Assembly (NCBI RefSeq): GCF_009914755.1
Contig: NC_060926.1
DNA: 64,000 nt
Source of the DNA: the human T2T-CHM13v2.0 reference genome, Homo sapiens
Strand: one strand, 5' to 3'
Shown: positions 58,687 to 64,000 of the stretch, piece after piece
Layout: each line of letters begins with the position of its first letter
Numbering within the stretch: the stretch's first letter is position 1
The notes under the pieces: model-generated
What the model was told of the DNA's origin: nothing
Databases searched by the model: none
The model's input: only the letters and a program-made list of their open reading frames with translations
Translations under genes and position numbers: made by a program

Positions 58687-59361
58687 GTATATCTTGATTC
58701 TCTCTTTACTTTGGCCTGGACATTATTCCAGGTGCCTTTTGTGGCTGTGTCCAGACTCTTTGATACTACTCCTGCCGCTTGAGAGATAAATTGTTCCTTA
58801 AAGAGTTATCTTGCCATTTGACTTGAAAAGATTGCAAAAATGATTTGATCTTCCAGCACAGTTACTTCAGAATAGTGTAGTTACATGGCAAGGAAAGGAA
58901 ATCTACGCGTTATACAGTTGTGGTCTCATTTCCCCGTGGGCCAGCCTCATTCTTTAGCCTTTCCTATAGTAGAAGCTCAAAATGACTTTTGCCAATAACT
59001 CTTCTCTGTATTTCTTTTGACAGTTTTTTTTTTTCATTATGGAGTTGATAATTTGTCCTATGTGTTTTTCTTCATTTTGTTCCCACTTGTACTATGCTTG
59101 ACTTCCTCTAAATTTTAAAAAATAAAATGACCCTAGTTATTTCTTCATTCTGCCGTGTTTTTATTCTGTCACTTGTAAAGACCAAATGGGGGCTTTAGAC
59201 ATCCTCCTCAAGTAACCATTTTACTTAGAAGCCTCTTTTATCACAGGATATATACTTTTCTTAAATTAACAATGTCAGTTTTAATCAAAATATTTCTGTA
59301 TAAGGTCTTACCTGCTTGGCACTTCTACTACTCTCAGGATCATATTAACAGAAATCAATGT

Positions 59362-60113
<752 letters not shown>

Positions 60114-60584
60114 GGACCATGTGGGACTCAGCTAAGTCCTCTGTATTTCTATAGAAATTGTACCTGACCTCAAGTAATCCACCCAATTTGGCCTCCCAAA
60201 GTGCTATTTCTATAGAGTTGGGCCACGATGAGCCCATGCTCAGCATCTAAAGAGGAAGAAGATACCTCAAAATACTTATTTCTGGAGATCAAAAGGCCTC
60301 TGCCCAGTGGATTATTTGGATTCCTCTTCTTTGGATGACATATTTTTTTCCCAGGTAAAGAATTCCTCCCAGAGAACAAATGTGTTTCAGGATTTTTTTT
60401 CCTATGGCACTTCTCTGTCATCATAACTCAATATTCTATAGGCTTGGGACTTCAAGGGTACTCTTGATGATAATATTTAAAATTCCTGTTTTAGAAGATT
60501 CATTTCAGACTCTATAGACAATACTAGGAATGTAAGTATTCATGATAAAATTTCTTCTTGCCAGTGCTTTTTCAGCATGAGGAA

Positions 60585-60804
60585 ATAGAGAAAAGCAGGC
60601 CCTGGAGTAAAGTATACGTTGGCTGCAATCCTGACTTCATTGCTTGTTAGTTTTGCAAAATTGATAAAGTTATTTAACTTCTCTGAGCTTTAGATTTACC
60701 ATCTATACGATGGGAGTAACTGTCGGCTAGCATGAGCGCTAAAAGAAATAATGCACTTTAAACCATTTATCACAGTTCCAGGCACAAATGGCAGCCGTAT
60801 TATT
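60585..60804 (+). mobile_element. MIR
   Basis: aagttatttaacttctctgagctttag..catctatacgatggg core. Confidence 0.8.
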
Positions 60805-61504
60805 TTATCCAAAAAAAGTAATCAGTGTCACCCTCTGCCTCCATATCTATGCCTTTCAGGGAAACTCTTTTTCATTTTAGATTCATAGATAGGCTGTTTT
60901 CTGTAAATATGTAATTTGACCAGATTTAGTTCTTTCTTTCTCTCTTACATACAGAAACATCATTTTTGACACTTTTGGGGAAATAAAAAACTAAGGTAGA
61001 CAAAGCAGATACAACAGCAACCTGCCAACATTTTCTCTCAGCCTGGAGTAGACTTTTTGCTGCTTTCAAAGTTTCCTTGAGTTTTATCTGGTTTTCATTT
61101 TTTCCACACAAAAAAAATACTTTTTGACATGTATTTTTCTTAGCTCTCTCATCTGTCATTTCTTAATTTTAAAAGCTTCCATCTTAATCTTATTCGTAAA
61201 TTTTCTTAGTTATACATTTTACTAATGTGATCAAAGGTAACAGTAATTTGAGATTATCTATGGTAAATGATTTTTGGTGGGTGTATTTAAAAATCTACAG
61301 TTGTTTAAGCTTTCATTATATTTATCTGCCATGATCAGAAATTGTAGTATTCCATATTCTCCACAAACAGTTATTTCCAAATACCCTAATCTTTCTCTTT
61401 AAGTTGTAAATTATTTTTAGTCATTTTTGGCAGGAACATTCCTAAAGCTTAATCCTTACTACCCTGTCCTTCCTCTTAACCTCTTAAACAAATATGTTTT
61501 ATAC

Positions 61505-61654
61505 TTTTTTTTTTTAAGAGACAGAGTCTCACTCCATCACCCAGGCTGGAGTGCAGTCACGGCAGCCTTAAACTCCCAGGCTCAAGTGATCCTCTTGCCT
61601 CAGCTTCCTGAATAGAGGGGACCACCACCATGCCTGGCTCATTTTATGTATTTT
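61505..61654 (-). mobile_element. FRAM / AluJ right monomer
   Basis: Single J-type arm with poly-T and small internal deletions. Confidence 0.85.
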
Positions 61655-63220
61655 AATACTGTCTTAATGACTGCAATTTCTTTTGTTATAAAAGTCGGTT
61701 ATTTTAATGCTGTAAGATACTTATGATTACTTCTGAAGAAGTACTCTCTCCATTTAATTAAAAAAAATCTTTCGTTACTCTTATTTCTGATTCATGTGAG
61801 GTCAATGATATGCAAAGGAAGCCTTGCTAGGAGGTTTTAGGAAAGAAATTTCCTCCTTTTTAAGAGGAAACCTCAGGAGGATAGGCTTTAAAAAATTTAT
61901 GATAGAGGCTGCTAAATATGTAACTTTGGCGAAGTGTGGCAAATTATGGCAGATAACTCCTGGAAAACCATAAGGAAAGAGAGCAAGAACTAACATTTGC
62001 CCTAGTTGTATAATTTTACTCATTGCCTTGATTATTACTGAATCAGGCCTGATTTAGCCTTTCTGCCACTTTACATCAAAAGATTTCTAGCAGATTTATT
62101 ACAGAAAGAAGCAAATAGAATTTACAATATCTATTTCAGCTGTTTGGAAAGTTTACTACTTGATCTTATCCATTGTTTAATTTTGGGAAACTGACTCTCC
62201 TGCAGTGCTGTGCTGTCATTATGTATAATATTTCTTTTCATCATTTGGTTTTTCATACCCAGATCTTCTTTGACATTTCAAATATGAGCTCTCTATATAA
62301 ATACCCATCTATAGTTAAGCACACTGAATCATTTTATGAATCATCAATACTTTTACGTAGATAGTTATCTGAAAGATAACATTTTCTAATTACCTTTTAC
62401 TATTACCTTCATTAAGAATTCCTAAGGAATGGCTTAAATAAATATATATATTTATTTTTATTTAATATCCTAATTTTCCTAAAATTATCTCTTAAATCCT
62501 AACTTGTGTGAAGCCAATTTATGTGAAAAGAAGATAAATAAATGAATACATTTAGACATGCTTTGGATATAAGTGGGCAACGAAACAAGTTCTATGAGAA
62601 AAAACATAGGACAATGCTTCTATGTATTTTACCTTGACTTGGTACAACTCCAATTCCGAATATTGCAAGACACCCTATACAATGTTAATCTCTCCCAAAA
62701 TTAAGCTTAAATTTTATCTCAGAAGAGCACTACAAGGTCATTGAAAAATGAATTGATGCATAAGGCTCTCTGGAATATTTTATTAGAAAAAAATGGGTTA
62801 CTCTTTTGAATAGGTAGGCACTTTTCCCAGCTGTAAGTCCACTGATGTACAAAATTTTATTCTAAGCACTTAAACTTATGACTTTGATCCTTGTTAAAAT
62901 ATACATGCTCCTTGGGAGGATTAATATACTGTGATGTGAATAGGAAAGTTTCTGATGTTTTACTGATTTCAGTTTATATGGTGGAAATAGAGATTATTAA
63001 GCATTGGTCTCCTCTGAGGAGAAAAGAGTTAAAAGATGAGGATGCTGGAAATCAAAGACTACTCCTATCTATTCTTTTCTATTTTTGAACAACAATGGTT
63101 ATAGGCCTCTGGCAGCCACTATGTACACATTTAAAAGGCTGTGAAATTTTACCCAAGATTGGAAAGATTGCCAATGGAGTGAGAAATTGGAAAAGCCAGA
63201 TGGGGATTCCTTCATAAAAC

Positions 63221-63222
<2 letters not shown>

Positions 63223-63255
<33 letters not shown>

Positions 63256-63272
63256 AAGAAAGAAAAAGAAAA
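63223..63272 (+). repeat. Poly(A) and (GAAA)n tract
   Basis: Seen directly. Confidence 0.9.
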
Positions 63273-64000
63273 GGAATATTATTTGAGACTTTAGGAAGAA
63301 CTTTCATATCTAACTTTGCTATATAGTTGTACACTGAAAGTTTTGGTAGGATTTGGTTAAACCCCTCCCGAGTAGCATTTTAAAAGCCATATGGATAAAA
63401 AATGAAGATCTGAAAGATAGACTGATATTTCAGAGAGAAGATTCAATTTATTCCTGGCTCAATGCAGAAATGCCTCCTTTCTAGTGCGTGAGGATCATTT
63501 CTGCTGCCTAGAATCAGTGCTTACTTGGAATAATTGCTCTCATAATTTTGCTATTATTTACAACATTCTGAAGAAGGTGACATTTCTTTGCATGCATGCC
63601 TACTTTGTGAAAAATCAAACACACCTAGAAGACAGTTGAATGGATCAAAGGCATACAAATTTTTAACATTTTTATACATATGGTCCAATTGCCCTCCAAG
63701 AAGTCTGTGACAGTTTTCTTCCCAGTTGTGTTCCTGGTAACATTTCTGCAGGCATTCTGAAGAATTTGACTTTTTAGGGCATGCATTTTATAAACATTTA
63801 CTGGGAAATCAGTAGTCATTCTGACAATGCAAGCCATAACAACCAATTGGCATGAATTAGTTATTATCCTTCTTTTTATTGTTGCAAGTTTTTGCTAAAT
63901 CATAAAAGAAGTATCTGTGACACTCTTAACAGAAACTTGAGCCAATGTAGGGTTTCCCCCCAGATACAGTTGTGCCTGGGATAATAGAGTACTGGGCTTG

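Noticed and set aside
63223-63272. Orphan poly(A) as the tail of another retrocopy
   Set aside because: No TSD or upstream mRNA-like body; the flanks resemble a decayed L1M, so A-tract expansion is more likely.

Overview
AT-rich, CpG-poor primate genomic DNA (hominoid, probably human: it carries AluYe5-type and L1PA3/L1PA4-type elements). It is dominated by transposable-element remnants: L1s of many ages, about 11 Alu/FLAM/FRAM elements, ERV1 and MaLR LTRs, Tigger/Charlie DNA transposons, L2 and MIR. I find no supportable host protein-coding exon, RNA gene, CRISPR array or new multi-gene system. All long ORFs are L1 ORF2 fragments or Alu-derived noise. The notable signals are structural. (1) An L1-mediated retrocopy of only the distal long 3'UTR of PHB1, whose poly(A) signal appears replaced by a perfect fold-back hairpin. 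(2) Two short templated-insertion scars at 56.7 and 60.2 kb. (3) A complex rearrangement at 41.2-45.9 kb with two inversions and accompanying deletions. (4) A twin-primed L1 with target-site duplications (TSDs). Subfamily names come from recalled consensus sequences, not database searches, and boundaries of old repeats are approximate.
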